A DNA stretch of 64,000 nucleotides. Source: Octopus bimaculoides. Taxonomy: Eukaryota. This document shows, in pieces, positions 37,590 to 49,379 of the stretch (the first letter of the stretch is position 1; each line of letters begins with the position of its first letter). The position numbers and the translations under genes were made by a program. The notes under the pieces were generated by a model. That model had not been told where the DNA came from. It ran no database searches and was given only the letters and a program-made list of their open reading frames with translations. The stretch lies in contig NC_068986.1 in NCBI RefSeq assembly GCF_001194135.2, positions 103,189,384 to 103,253,383 of the forward strand, written 5' to 3'.

Positions 37590-38195
37590 CAAGGTGGTAT
37601 ATTGATTTCATTACCTCCAGTGCTGAACATTTTCTTAACTCTCAACCCTGAAGGGACAAAAAAAAAATCAAAGTCGACCTCGAAATTTGTGCTCAATAGC
37701 AGTTAAGCATTTTGCCGATGCAGTAAATATTCCGCCAGCTCACTGCCTTAATGATAATAATAGTAATTTTTTTTTCAATTTCGCCACAGGACTAACGGTT
37801 TTGAGCGGTGGGGTCAAGACAACCTTATCTACCGCAGTTCATCAGCGCTACATTATTTTATTGAACCCGAAAGGAAGAAAGACAAAGCTTACCCCGGCGC
37901 AATTTGAAATGAGAAAAAATGTGTCGGTATATATGACGCAAAATATTTTTTCCTGACCCTCTAGAGGTTCTACCACCTCACCGCCTTTCGTCTGAAATTT
38001 TTGGTACAGGGCCAGCAGTTTTAGGGGAAGTCGATTTCATTGATCCCAGTGATCAATCACTACTTGTTTTATCGACCCTAAAATGACTAAAGGCGATTTC
38101 GATTCGGTGGAATTTGAGTTCAACGTGTAAATAGCCTGAACAAAAGTAATTAAGCATTTTGTTGACGCGCTAAATATTATGCAGCACGCAACGTT
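37590..38195 (-). mobile_element. Three decayed head-to-tail SINE A copies
   Basis: Repeated reverse-complement A motifs: AAAGTCGACCTCGAAATTTG, GCCAGCTCACTGCC, GAACCCGAAAGGAAGAAAGACAAAG, ATCGACCC..GGAATTTGAGTTC. Confidence 0.65.
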
Positions 38196-38302
38196 AATGA
38201 TGACAGTCATAAAACAGTTCTATATTTAAAAGATGAGGAATTATGTACATTATTTACATTGTTTACATTCGATGGATATTTGTCCTCATCTTGTTACTTG
38301 TT

Positions 38303-38348
38303 AACACAACGTTTCGGCTGATATACCCTCCAGCATTCATCAGGTATC
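38303..38348 (-). ncRNA. Minimal type-I hammerhead ribozyme motif (minus-arm copy)
   Basis: Minus strand reads GATAC-CTGATGA-A-TGCTG-GAGGGTATAT-CAGCC-GAAAC-GTT-GTGTT: core CUGAUGA and GAAA, helix II GCUG/CAGC, helix I GAUAC/GUGUU, palindromic AACGUU in place of helix III. Confidence 0.7.
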
Positions 38349-38530
38349 TTGGGGAAATTTCGAATCTGGGTTCTCATTCCTAAAGTATTTTTGATGTTGT
38401 TGTTGTTGCTATTATTATTATTATTATTATTATTCACATCACTGCTTGGAATCGAACTCGGAATCTTGGGGTTAGTAGCCCTCGCTCTTAACCACTACAC
38501 CATATGCCCGAGTTCGATTCCAAGCAGAGA

Positions 38531-38604
<74 letters not shown>

Positions 38605-38651
38605 TCGAAGAATACCTTGGGAATGAGAACCCAGGTTCGAAATTTCCCCAA

Positions 38652-38697
38652 GACACCTGATGAAGACTGGAGGGTATCTCAGCCGAAACGTTGTGTT
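38652..38697 (+). ncRNA. Minimal type-I hammerhead ribozyme motif (plus-arm copy)
   Basis: GACAC-CTGATGA-A-GACTG-GAGGGTATCT-CAGCC-GAAAC-GTT-GTGTT. Predicted cleavage after GUU, between 38692 and 38693. Confidence 0.7.
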
Positions 38698-38764
38698 AAC
38701 TACAAACAAGATGAGAACAAATATCCGTCGAATGTAAATAATGGACAGTCGTAATAGTTATAAT

Positions 38765-39190
38765 AATTTTGCCACAAGACTAGAAATTTTGAGGGGATGG
38801 CGTCGAGTCGAATTTATTTACCTCAGTTCTTAAGTGGTACTTTATTTTATTGAATCCGAAATGAAAGAAGGCAAAGTTGACCCTGGTGGAATTTGAACGC
38901 AGAACGTAACGTTTCGGTATAAATGACACAAAACACTTTTTCGTGCCCCTCTAAAAGTTCTGCCAACTCTCCATTTAGTTTAAAATTTTGTGACACGGAC
39001 AAGGACTTTAGAGGAAGGATGTATGTCGAGGTATATCGATTACATTGAACCCAGTGCTTAACTAGTACTTCTTTTGTCGACTCTGAAACGATGAATGCCA
39101 AAGTCGATCCGAGCGGAATTTGAGCTCAAATCATAAAGAGCTGCTACAAATACCTCTACGCGCTTTTCTCGACGCGCGAATAATTCTACC
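38765..39190 (-). mobile_element. Two decayed head-to-tail SINE A copies
   Basis: GAAGGCAAAGTTGACCCTGGTGGAATTTGAACGCAGAACG and GCCAAAGTCGATCCGAGCGGAATTTGAGCTC, plus tail motifs. Confidence 0.7.
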
Positions 39191-39968
39191 ATATGGCTAT
39201 CTTACACACAGCTAGACATGAAATGTAGCTAATACCGGACGAATATTATCTTAAGTGAAATTCCCCATTAGATAAATGTTATACTTAAAGAAATATTATG
39301 CAAATATATTTAATATACCAATATTTTACATCATCTGCAAATTATTCTAAGAAAAATTTTAGGCAATTACCATTCCATAAACATTTTACTACCATCAAAG
39401 TCTTTTTTAAAAAGACGCAAAAATCATATTAACCTCTGAATTTTCAACCGAAATGTTTTACCGTAGACGTTAAAGTATATTATCAATCAAATGATTTAAA
39501 ATTTTACTAATTATGCAAATATAATTCAAATAATTTATAAAACGTCAACTACTACTCGAAACGAAGAGATAACAGACAAACGCAATGAATTTCAATTGTT
39601 ACGCATATGCATATAGATGTACATACTGATATATACACATATACACACATTTACATATACATACAAGGCAAAAATATATAATACTATGGTTTCTCCTTCA
39701 CTGTCACTTGCTCCTTTACACTTTATACAAACACTCACAGATACACACACTTTTATACATACCTATCTTTTACATCTATATATGTAAGTATATATGTATG
39801 CATGCATGTGCATGTATACATTTGTATATGTATTATGCATGCATGCATGTGTGCGTGTATGTGTGCGTTGCATGTTTGTGAATGTGTCTGCCTGTGTGTT
39901 TGTATGTGTGTATGCATGTGCATCCATATATACATGCATATGTATATCTATATCTGTACATATATGGA

Positions 39969-40006
<38 letters not shown>

Positions 40007-40364
40007 NNNNNNNNNNNNNNNNNNNNNNNNNNNNNNNNNNNNNNNNNNNNNNNNNNNNNNNNNNNNNNNNNNNNNNNNNNNNNNNNNNNNNNNNNNNNNN
40101 NNNNNNNNNNNNNNNNNNNNNNNNNNNNNNNNNNNNNNNNNNNNNNNNNNNNNNNNNNNNNNNNNNNNNNNNNNNNNNNNNNNNNNNNNNNNNNNNNNNN
40201 NNNNNNNNNNNNNNNNNNNNNNNNNNNNNNNNNNNNNNNNNNNNNNNNNNNNNNNNNNNNNNNNNNNNNNNNNNNNNNNNNNNNNNNNNNNNNNNNNNNN
40301 NNNNNNNNNNNNNNNNNNNNNNNNNNNNNNNNNNNNNNNNNNNNNNNNNNNNNNNNNNNNNNNN

Positions 40365-40406
<42 letters not shown>

Positions 40407-40566
40407 TTCCTAAGCATTTATTTATGTAATACTCTTGAATACTCTTTTTCAATCTCTCATAATATTAAGGAAAATGAAATATGAATAATTGTCATGTTGC
40501 TAATGTTAGATATGACAGATTGAAATCATAAAAAAAGAAAAATGGCTGTCCACTGTATTTACTCAC

Positions 40567-40664
40567 CTGATGTTGGCATTAAACCTGTTCATTATTGACT
40601 TTTGTATTCGAGGACGTGAAAACAGTAGGTTGCCACAAGTACTTCTTAAACGTTTATCTACGAC
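40567..40664 (-). CDS. Candidate exon (98 nt), product unknown
   Basis: TTGTTTAACAG acceptor, CAG|GTGAGT donor, frame 0 open: VVDKRLRSTCGNLLFSRPRIQKSIMNRFNANI. Confidence 0.22.
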
Positions 40665-41364
40665 CTGTTAAACAACCATAACAAGTTATTTGTTTAAATA
40701 CTTCTACAGTGATGTGTCGACATCTCTTTAATACGAGACTCCATCAGATAGCGGAATAGTGTCAAAAGCTAGCAAATTGTTTTGATTTTTTGGTTAAATT
40801 TTTGTTGCTCTTATTCTTCTGATTGCTGTGGGTTTTTTTGTTTTTTTTCTTATATTTCTTATTCTTCTTTTTCTACTACAATCATTACTGTTACTACAAC
40901 TACTACTATTGCGACTTCTTTTAAATGTGATAAAATGCAACTTTAAAAGAAGAATTCACAAGATAAATAGAACTTTGTCAATAATTTGACGGAGCAAAAG
41001 ATCAAGTAGCAACTTCAACTGAGAAAATCGATTTCTCACAAAGAAAATGTTGTTAAACAAGTTTAAATCAAGTAGGTTTGAGAATGAAACGAAAAGAAAA
41101 GAGAAGGAAAAATATTGAAGACAAAAGAGAATAGCTAACGTTACTGTTATAATAGTTGGTTCAAACACAATAGGCCTGATAGCAAACCTCGACCCGTTCT
41201 ATGACCCGGTTTCAATTACAGATTGCAGATAAATTTTCCATTTTCCTAACAACTGATTGTAAGGCTAAAACATTCATAGTTAACATGTTCTTCCTCTCTC
41301 TTTCCCTCTCCGTCACGCTCACTCTGTATCCCCCTTCTCTTCCCCTCCTAACTCTCTCTCTCTC

Positions 41365-41402
<38 letters not shown>

Positions 41403-41646
41403 TCTCTCTCTCTCCCTCTCTATCTATCTATCTATCTATCTATTTACCTCTCTTCAAGCGGTAACCCAACTTCATTTCATAACCCTGTACGATATAACAT
41501 TGTGATTCATTCCTTGTTTCAAACTAGAATGTAGATCATATTCACACACGCGTGGTGCGTAAGCACACACAGAGATTTGTACCTGTATGTGTATATNNNN
41601 NNNNNNNNNNNNNNNNNNNNNNNNNNNNNNNNNNNNNNNNNNNNNN

Positions 41647-41685
<39 letters not shown>

Positions 41686-41769
41686 ATATATACGCGCATA
41701 CACACAAAGATACATACTTATACACTTACATATATATATAATGTTTATAGCAACCAAATGTCTGTGCCA

Positions 41770-41970
41770 CACCTTAGCTCACTCGCTCCGTCGAATTTGC
41801 GTTGTCTGAACAAGTGCATGGTTCAGCACGCGTTAGGTGTTGATGTGATCGCATATCAATATGGGATAAAGTGTTTTTCTCAAAGATAATACGCACCACC
41901 CACTCTAGGATTTGAAATCTCGACGGCTAGATCATGAATGTAACACGCTAAACACTAAACCGTGTACCCT
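41770..41970 (-). mobile_element. Decayed SINE D-like copy
   Basis: Reverse complement GTGAGGGTACACGGTTTAGTGTTTAGCGTGTT...GAGATTTCAAATCC...TTTGAGAAAAACACTTTATC resembles the head and core of 49710-49973. Confidence 0.5.
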
Positions 41971-41992
41971 CACATATGTATGAGTATATGTT

Positions 41993-42046
<54 letters not shown>

Positions 42047-42214
42047 TGTGTGCATAATTATATATGTACCGCACTTAGAAAATAAACATTGCGGTCGATT
42101 TGTTCGACTAACATCTCCTTCCAGGCAACATTCCAGTATGGCCACAAGTGAATGACGTCGACAATTAAATGTAAAGAATAAAAATGTGTGTAATAAAAAT
42201 ATTTGTATATATAT

Positions 42215-42995
42215 ACAAAGTATGGGGGGGGGTTAATTTACAAGTGATCCAAACTATTAGGTGCGCTTGGTAAGTGCTGTAACGGATTACTAGGGCTCCA
42301 AGGTTATAACCGAGACGGTAGTTATGTAGCCATTGCTGATTTCCGATATAGCAGTTCGGTTTTTGGTGTTATAGGCCGATCGGTTGGTGTTTTAACTGCA
42401 TCACACGTATAGTAATCCATGGGATTACAATCGGGAGAATTAGTAGGCCAAACATAGGGGTTTATGGAGTTGTAGAAATTCTCCGAAACTTTCTGGAGGA
42501 TGGCCAAGAACAGAGTGCTGATACCACACATATGGCCGTCAAGCAGCAATTATTTCCAGCCGGTAGATTGATGAGAGACTCAAGCAGCTTCACGTAACCT
42601 TCTGAATTGGACCTCAGACTCTGTTGAGCGATGCGGTGATTACCGACGTTTGGACGGTGTCTGAACACCTGATGTATTCCTTCTTGCTGATCAGGACTTT
42701 GTAGTCTCCGTTGCAACTGTCCGTGTCACGTTTTACTGTTCCTACAGTGTTTCCAGAGCGCTCAACAGTATTTACGAAATCCGCATTTCGACACGCGTTA
42801 CGAATCGTCATGAAACATGTAATTCGTTTCCAATATTCAAATGGCTTCCAGTCATCCATGTCAGCTAACATTTTTTCAAGTACGTCTTTAATCTGTATGC
42901 TCACCAACACCGTTGACTTTTCACCAATACGTCGAGCTGTCCATGAAAGAAAAAGGGGCATAAACAGTATTGAAATTCATCCCGAATACCCTGCA
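42215..42995 (-). mobile_element. Internally deleted maT (DD37D-type) transposon remnant
   Basis: N-terminus MDDWKPFEYWKRITCFMTIR...DSCNGDYKVLISKKEYIRCSDTVQT joined to LRSNSEGYVKLLE, RPYVWYQHS and SENFYNSINPYVWPTNSPDCNPMDYY. TIR limits are approximate. Confidence 0.8.
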
Positions 42996-43337
42996 GAGTA
43001 TTGTACCTTGTCATTTCATCTGTTGATATTGGTTCCGAGATGTGTTTGATTTCATCTGACTAAAGCTATACAACTAAGGGATAAAGAAAAACTATGCACA
43101 ATAAATCATTTCGTCCCAGTTGAAGCATTAAAGAATATTCTATCCTATCACTATATCTCATATTTTGTATGGAAGAAATTTACGATGAGATTTCGGCTTT
43201 CCTATGAAACCATTTCACTTCTTTTATATATTTGTTTTTCAAATGAAAAAAGCAGTCTTTACATCATCTTTTACTTGTGTTTTTCCGAGTTATATACGAT
43301 TTTGTTCCTAATGACAAAAAATGAAACAAAGATATTA

Positions 43338-44005
43338 TACCGGTGAACTAGCAGAATCGTTACCGTATCGGTCAAAATGCTTATCAACATTTCCTCATGC
43401 CTTTTTTTTTTTTCTATCAAGTTCACATATCACCGATGTCAACTCTACCTTCCATCCCCTTTGGATGGGGAGATTGATAAAATAAGTACCAGTTAAGTAC
43501 TGGGGTCGATTCAATCGATTGCTCCCTCTCTTCGAAACTGCTGATATGTATCAAAATTAGAAACAATATTATATGTCTGAGGAACGCGCGAACCGACAGA
43601 AATCTCAGCCAAATACTTAGTAGCAGTTCGCCTGTCTTTACGTTCAGACTTCAAATTCCGCCGAGGTCATCTTTGCTTTTCATCTTTTCCGAATGGATAA
43701 AATAAGTACCAGTTCAACTTCGGGGCCCATAAGTTCAACTTGCCCGCTCACCCTAAATCGCTGGCCTTGTGCCAAAATTTGAACTAAATATTCATTTAAG
43801 GCGGTGATCTGGGAGAATCGTTAGCAAGCCGGGCGAAATACTTAGCGGCTATTGGTCCGTCATTTTATGTTCAGAATTCAAATTCCACCGAATTGTTTTA
43901 CCTTTTTTTTTGAGTCGATAAAGTAAAGTACCAGTTAAGCATTGGAGAAGATGTAATCGATTTAGCCTTTACCCCAAAATTGCTGGCCTTGTGCTTAAAT
44001 GTGAA
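43338..44005 (+). mobile_element. Three head-to-tail SINE A copies
   Basis: Heads at about 43338, 43580 and 43797 (GGTGAACTAGCAGAATCGTT; GGCGGTGATCTGGGAGAATCGTTAGCAAGCCGGGCGAAATACTTAGCGG). Each has a TTCAA(A/G)TT B-box-like motif and an AAGTACCAGTT core. Confidence 0.8.
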
Positions 44006-45140
44006 GACAATAGTTATGAAATCTAGGAGCCAAATACGGAGACTCTTCATGATTATTTGAACTATCGGGAAATAACTGTAAAATTCCATTTTACCATCTT
44101 AGATTGATTAATGTTGTCTGAAATGTATTATATTTGATATCTGAACGAATGTTGATGATTGCGAAACATTTGATCATGGGTTGGCTAGATCACAAATAAG
44201 AATTAACAGCAGTTTAAATTCACTTAACTAACACCGCTAATATTCTCGCCAGCAAATATACGTCAATCATCCTAGATTTGGTTTTATTTCCCTAATTTCT
44301 TTTGTGAGCAACCAAGAAAAAAAAGTTATATCACAATAGAGAGTGCCACGTTATAGATGCAGGTTGAGATTATTTGCTAATTACCAGTAAAGTATTGGCG
44401 TCTTGATCTTTATCAAGACTTTTTTTATTTATTATTTTTTCTTTCTTGGCAAATTTTGATCTGATACAAAATGCGACAAGCCGTTTACAATGAGCGAACG
44501 TTTTCCAATGTTATTTTATATTTTATTTCTTTTACAATATAATTTTAGTGTGCAGTACAGTATGTCTGTGACATACTCAGAAATAAATTGTTCATATAAC
44601 AGTACAATGTACAGGGGAAGTAGCTTATTTAATCTTAACAAGCATGACTTCGCGAAATTCTTTCTCCTAAAGGCACAAGTTCTCCAACTGCGGGTGGGGG
44701 AGGTTATAATTGATTACATCGATCCCAATGTCAACTGACAGTTATTCTATCAAGCCCCAAACGATGAAAGGCGAAGCTTGAATTCAGAACGTAAAGCCGG
44801 AAAAACCCACAAAATATTTTTGCCTGACGGCTTGGCGAAATAAGATACATTATATAGTGGGCAACTGATAAAGTCATTAGACTGCCGGATGCATTTCTTT
44901 TCAATAATCATTCAATTTCTGGCTCTCTACGTTCTGAGTTCAAATCGGGCCATCTTCATTATTTTTCAGGATGTATAAACAAAGTGCAGTTTATGTAGGT
45001 GGCGGTCACTCTTCAGTTCTTCAAGCTATTTTTCCTGCCCTTCTCTTTCCTCTCCTTTTAGAAGAAAATAACTGTGAACAGATGTAGTAGAATAGGGATT
45101 CTACCGTGTCTAAAATTATATATGAGTGTATGTATGTATG

Positions 45141-45373
45141 TTATTTCTTTACTACCCACAAGGGGCTACACACAGAGGGGACAAACAAGGACAGACAAAC
45201 GGATTAAGTCGATTACATCGACTCCAGTGCGTAACTGGTACTTATTTAATCGACCCCGAAAGGATGAAAGGCAAAGTCGACCTCGGCGGAATTTGAACTT
45301 AAAACGTAACGGCAGACGAAATACCGCTAAGCATTTCGCCCGGCGTGCTAACGTTTCTGCCAGCTCGCCGCCT
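45141..45373 (-). mobile_element. Young full-length SINE A (long-tail variant)
   Basis: Reverse complement GGCGGCGAGCTGGCAGAAACGTTAGCACGCCGGGCGAAATGCTTAGCGG...TTCAAATTCCGCCGAGGTCGACTTTGCC...TTTGTCCCCTCTGTGTGTAGCCCCTTGTGGGTAGTAAAGAAA. Near-identical to 50022-50262. Confidence 0.92.
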
Positions 45374-45909
45374 TTGTATGTATGTATGTATGTATGTATG
45401 TATGTATGTACGTATGTATGTTTATATGTACGTGTTTATAGATATAGAGACAGATGTCACTATACATATGTATAAAGACATAAACACGCACACAGATATG
45501 CGTGTGCGAGTGCGTGTGTGTGTGTGCGTGTGTGTGTGTGCGTCTGCGTGTGTGTGTGCGTGTGTGTGTGCGTGTGCGTGTGTGTGTATACTCATACAAA
45601 CGCCAGCATATTTGATTGTATTTAGTTTAAGAACTACGCTATAAAATGTGTAGGATGAATAATAAATGTATCACTGTTGCTGTAGACAACAGGTCATTGA
45701 TCCAACCTACTCACTCAATTGTATTTGAAGTGGGTGAATATTCCACAGATGCGAGTAATTTTGATTCTTCATTGAGGTATACTATGTGGCAAACTCTATG
45801 GTACGTTAAAATCATGTGCCCACACACTCACCTGTACAGTATACGATCTGATCTTCTATTCTTTCCATATGTTTCACACACCTACTCTTAAATATACACA
45901 CACACACAT

Positions 45910-45968
<59 letters not shown>

Positions 45969-46415
45969 NNNNNNNNNNNNNNNNNNNNNNNNNNNNNNNN
46001 NNNNNNNNNNNNNNNNNNNNNNNNNNNNNNNNNNNNNNNNNNNNNNNNNNNNNNNNNNNNNNNNNNNNNNNNNNNNNNNNNNNNNNNNNNNNNNNNNNNN
46101 NNNNNNNNNNNNNNNNNNNNNNNNNNNNNNNNNNNNNNNNNNNNNNNNNNNNNNNNNNNNNNNNNNNNNNNNNNNNNNNNNNNNNNNNNNNNNNNNNNNN
46201 NNNNNNNNNNNNNNNNNNNNNNNNNNNNNNNNNNNNNNNNNNNNNNNNNNNNNNNNNNNNNNNNNNNNNNNNNNNNNNNNNNNNNNNNNNNNNNNNNNNN
46301 NNNNNNNNNNNNNNNNNNNNNNNNNNNNNNNNNNNNNNNNNNNNNNNNNNNNNNNNNNNNNNNNNNNNNNNNNNNNNNNNNNNNNNNNNNNNNNNNNNNN
46401 NNNNNNNNNNNNNNN

Positions 46416-46454
<39 letters not shown>

Positions 46455-46461
<7 letters not shown>

Positions 46462-46625
46462 GACGTGCTTCGTTCAATTTCCTTCTACCAAATCCACTCA
46501 CATGGTAGTGGTCAGCCCGTGACTATGGGAGAAAATACTTGCTTAGGTTTCTACGCTTTGGTATGGACCCGGAACCATGAGGTTGAGAAGTAAGCGTCTA
46601 ACTCCACAGAAACGCTTTCGCCTGT
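46455..46625 (-). mobile_element. SINE B head and core running into (AT)n and a gap
   Basis: CTACCAAATCCACTCAC...GACTATGGGAGAAAATACTTGC...CCCGGAACCATG on the plus strand. Confidence 0.65.
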
Positions 46626-46730
46626 GCACACAGCCACACATACGTCTGTTTATGCATACATATATGTTGATATGTATGTTGCGCGCACGTGATTATGTGT
46701 ATGAATGTGTTTGAGCGTGCCTCTCCTCTA

Positions 46731-46817
46731 ACAGAGTTCTTCCACGCCGAGATAATGGCGCTTCAGCATCGCTGGAGAAAGTGTTCAGCCATCAAGGTGG
46801 ACTATGTTGCAAAATAA
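46731..46817 (+). mobile_element. Mariner transposase C-terminal scrap
   Basis: TEFFHAEIMALQHRWRKCSAIKVDYVAK* resembles the mariner end FY..GI..L..RW.KC....G.Y.EK*. Confidence 0.65.
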
Positions 46818-48335
46818 ATCATCAGAAGTCTTGTACTATGTTTTTTTCCTTTGTTTTTTTTTGTTTTTTTGTGGTTTTTTTTTTTTTTTTTTGAAGCTCA
46901 AGACTTTTCAAACACCTCTCGTATATACGTTTACTCCTAGGTAGAGAAATGACAAACTACTCGTTTCATTAATATATGAATACATGAATACTACGTTTAC
47001 TCCCAGGTAGAGAAACGACAAACTATGTGTCAGATGACCCCATGTCCGAAATAAACCAACAGTCCGTCTGACAGCATCAGCTTTTCCGTTTCCTCATTTT
47101 ATAAACACACATTTAATATACACAGAAGATCAACCCTCAAGGCTATTTGTTGGAGGTGTCGCAATGATGAATCNNNNNNNNNNNNNNNNNNNNNNNNNNN
47201 NNNNNNNNNNNNNNNNNNNNNNNNNNNNNNNNNNNNNNNNNNNNNNNNNNNNNNNNNNNNNNNNNNNNNNNNNNNNNNNNNNNNNNNNNNNNNNNNNNNN
47301 NNNNNNNNNNNNNNNNNNNNNNNNNNNNNNNNNNNNNNNNNNNNNNNNNNNNNNNNNNNNNNNNNNNNNNNNNNNNNNNNNNNNNNNNNNNNNNNNNNNN
47401 NNNNNNNNNNNNNNNNNNNNNNNNNNNNNNNNNNNNNNNNNNNNNNNNNNNNNNNNNNNNNNNNNNNNNNNNNNNNNNNNNNNNNNNNNNNNNNNNNNNN
47501 NNNNNNNNNNNNNNNNNNNNNNNNNNNNNNNNNNNNNNNNNNNNNNNNNNNNNNNNNNNNNNNNNNNNNNNNNNNNNNNNNNNNNNNNNNNNNNNNNNNN
47601 NNNNNNNNNNNNNNNNNNNNNNNNNNNNNNNNNNNNNNNNNNNNNNNNNNNNNNNNNNNNNNNNNNNNNNNNNNNNNNNNNNNNNNNNNNNNNNNNNNNN
47701 NNNNNNNNNNNNNNNNNNNNNNNNNNNNNNNNNNNNNNNNNNNNNNNNNNNNNNNNNNNNNNNNNNNNNNNNNNNNNNNNNNNNNNNNNNNNNNNNNNNN
47801 NNNNNNNNNNNNNNNNNNNNNNNNNNNNNNNNNNNNNNNNNNNNNNNNNNNNNNNNNNNNNNNNNNNNNNNNNNNNNNNNNNNNNNNNNNNNNNNNNNAT
47901 ATATATATATATATATACATATATACATATAATTATATATGTATGCATATGTACAGAAAGAAAGGAAGAAAGAAACGTATACATATATAACACTTTCAGG
48001 CGCTCTTGTCCGCTGCCTAGGCCTAGTGAAATATGCGAATCTTCCTATGTGAATGTAAGCGTGAATGATCGAGTTTATTCATAAGCTAGCGAGTGCCCAA
48101 ACACGTATTGGTGTATTTATACTTATCCTTATGCACCTTTTTAAGCATTCATGCAAAATGATTTCCACTGGAAATTACATAATTGATATTCGTAGTGTTA
48201 TATAATCATACACAAAACACACATGTATGCATATATGTGAATATAATACACATATACGTATATATTTACAAATATACGTATATATTTACACACACACATA
48301 TATATATATACATATACGTACATACATATTTACAG

Positions 48336-48388
<53 letters not shown>

Positions 48389-48893
48389 TATATATACATC
48401 TATATGTATAAATNNNNNNNNNNNNNNNNNNNNNNNNNNNNNNNNNNNNNNNNNNNNNNNNNNNNNNNNNNNNNNNNNNNNNNNNNNNNNNNNNNNNNNN
48501 NNNNNNNNNNNNNNNNNNNNNNNNNNNNNNNNNNNNNNNNNNNNNNNNNNNNNNNNNNNNNNNNNNNNNNNNNNNNNNNNNNNNNNNNNNNNNNNNNNNN
48601 NNNNNNNNNNNNNNNNNNNNNNNNNNNNNNNNNNNNNNNNNNNNNNNNNNNNNNNNNNNNNNNNNNNNNNNNNNNNNNNNNNNNNNNNNNNNNNNNNNNN
48701 NNNNNNNNNNNNNNNNNNNNNNNNNNNNNNNNNNNNNNNNNNNNNNNNNNNNNNNNNNNNNNNNNNNNNNNNNNNNNNNNNNNNNNNNNNNNNNNNNNNN
48801 NNNNNNNNNNNNNNNNNNNNNNNNNNNNNNNNNNNNNNNNNNNNNNNNNNNNNNNNNNNNNNNNNNNNNNNNNNNNNNNNNNNNNNNNNNNNN

Positions 48894-48931
<38 letters not shown>

Positions 48932-49379
48932 TAGGGAGTCTTGTGAGTGTGATGATCCCTGTCTGATTAAGCACAAATTACAAATGTGTATTTAAAATTA
49001 TCGGAAAAGTAACGCAAATAACTGCGTAATACGTATGTGGCCGTTGCTGCGTACGTGTATTAATGGCATGTTTCTATATTTTCTAAAATGTATACTTGTA
49101 GCCAAATATATTAATATATATTTATGTTCGACCATGTGTGCAATAGTAGATTATAGTGATATTCGTGCATGAGAAAGGACATTTACAGAAGAAAAAAAAA
49201 TGTAGTGAAAACAAATTTAGAGATTCACATAGGACGATACCCCAAAAGCACGCACACAAATTATGTTCGTACATATCAATTTGGATTATTCTGCAACCAA
49301 ATTATTCTGACACTTAATACCCTTCCATGAAAAAGTAGGCATATAATATTTTTGTTTTGCTTTGTTTTGTTTTTTATGC

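Larger units (their letters stand above)
38248..38743. mobile_element. Inverted (head-to-head) dimer of a tRNA-headed element with (AAT)n linker and Penelope-type hammerhead-bearing tail
   Basis: 38248-38461 is the reverse complement of 38508-38743 apart from repeat length and scattered substitutions. One complete tRNA-like head lies on the minus strand (GGGCATATGGTGTAGTGGTTAAGAGCG.GGGCTACTAACCCC..GAGTTCGATTCC, 38509 to 38442). The plus arm restarts at the B box. Confidence 0.85.

Noticed and set aside
38442-38509. Functional tRNA-Ser gene
   Set aside because: It has no long variable arm or proper acceptor stem, and runs directly into (AAT)n and a retro-tail, so it is a SINE-like head. The same applies to the SINE A-D heads.
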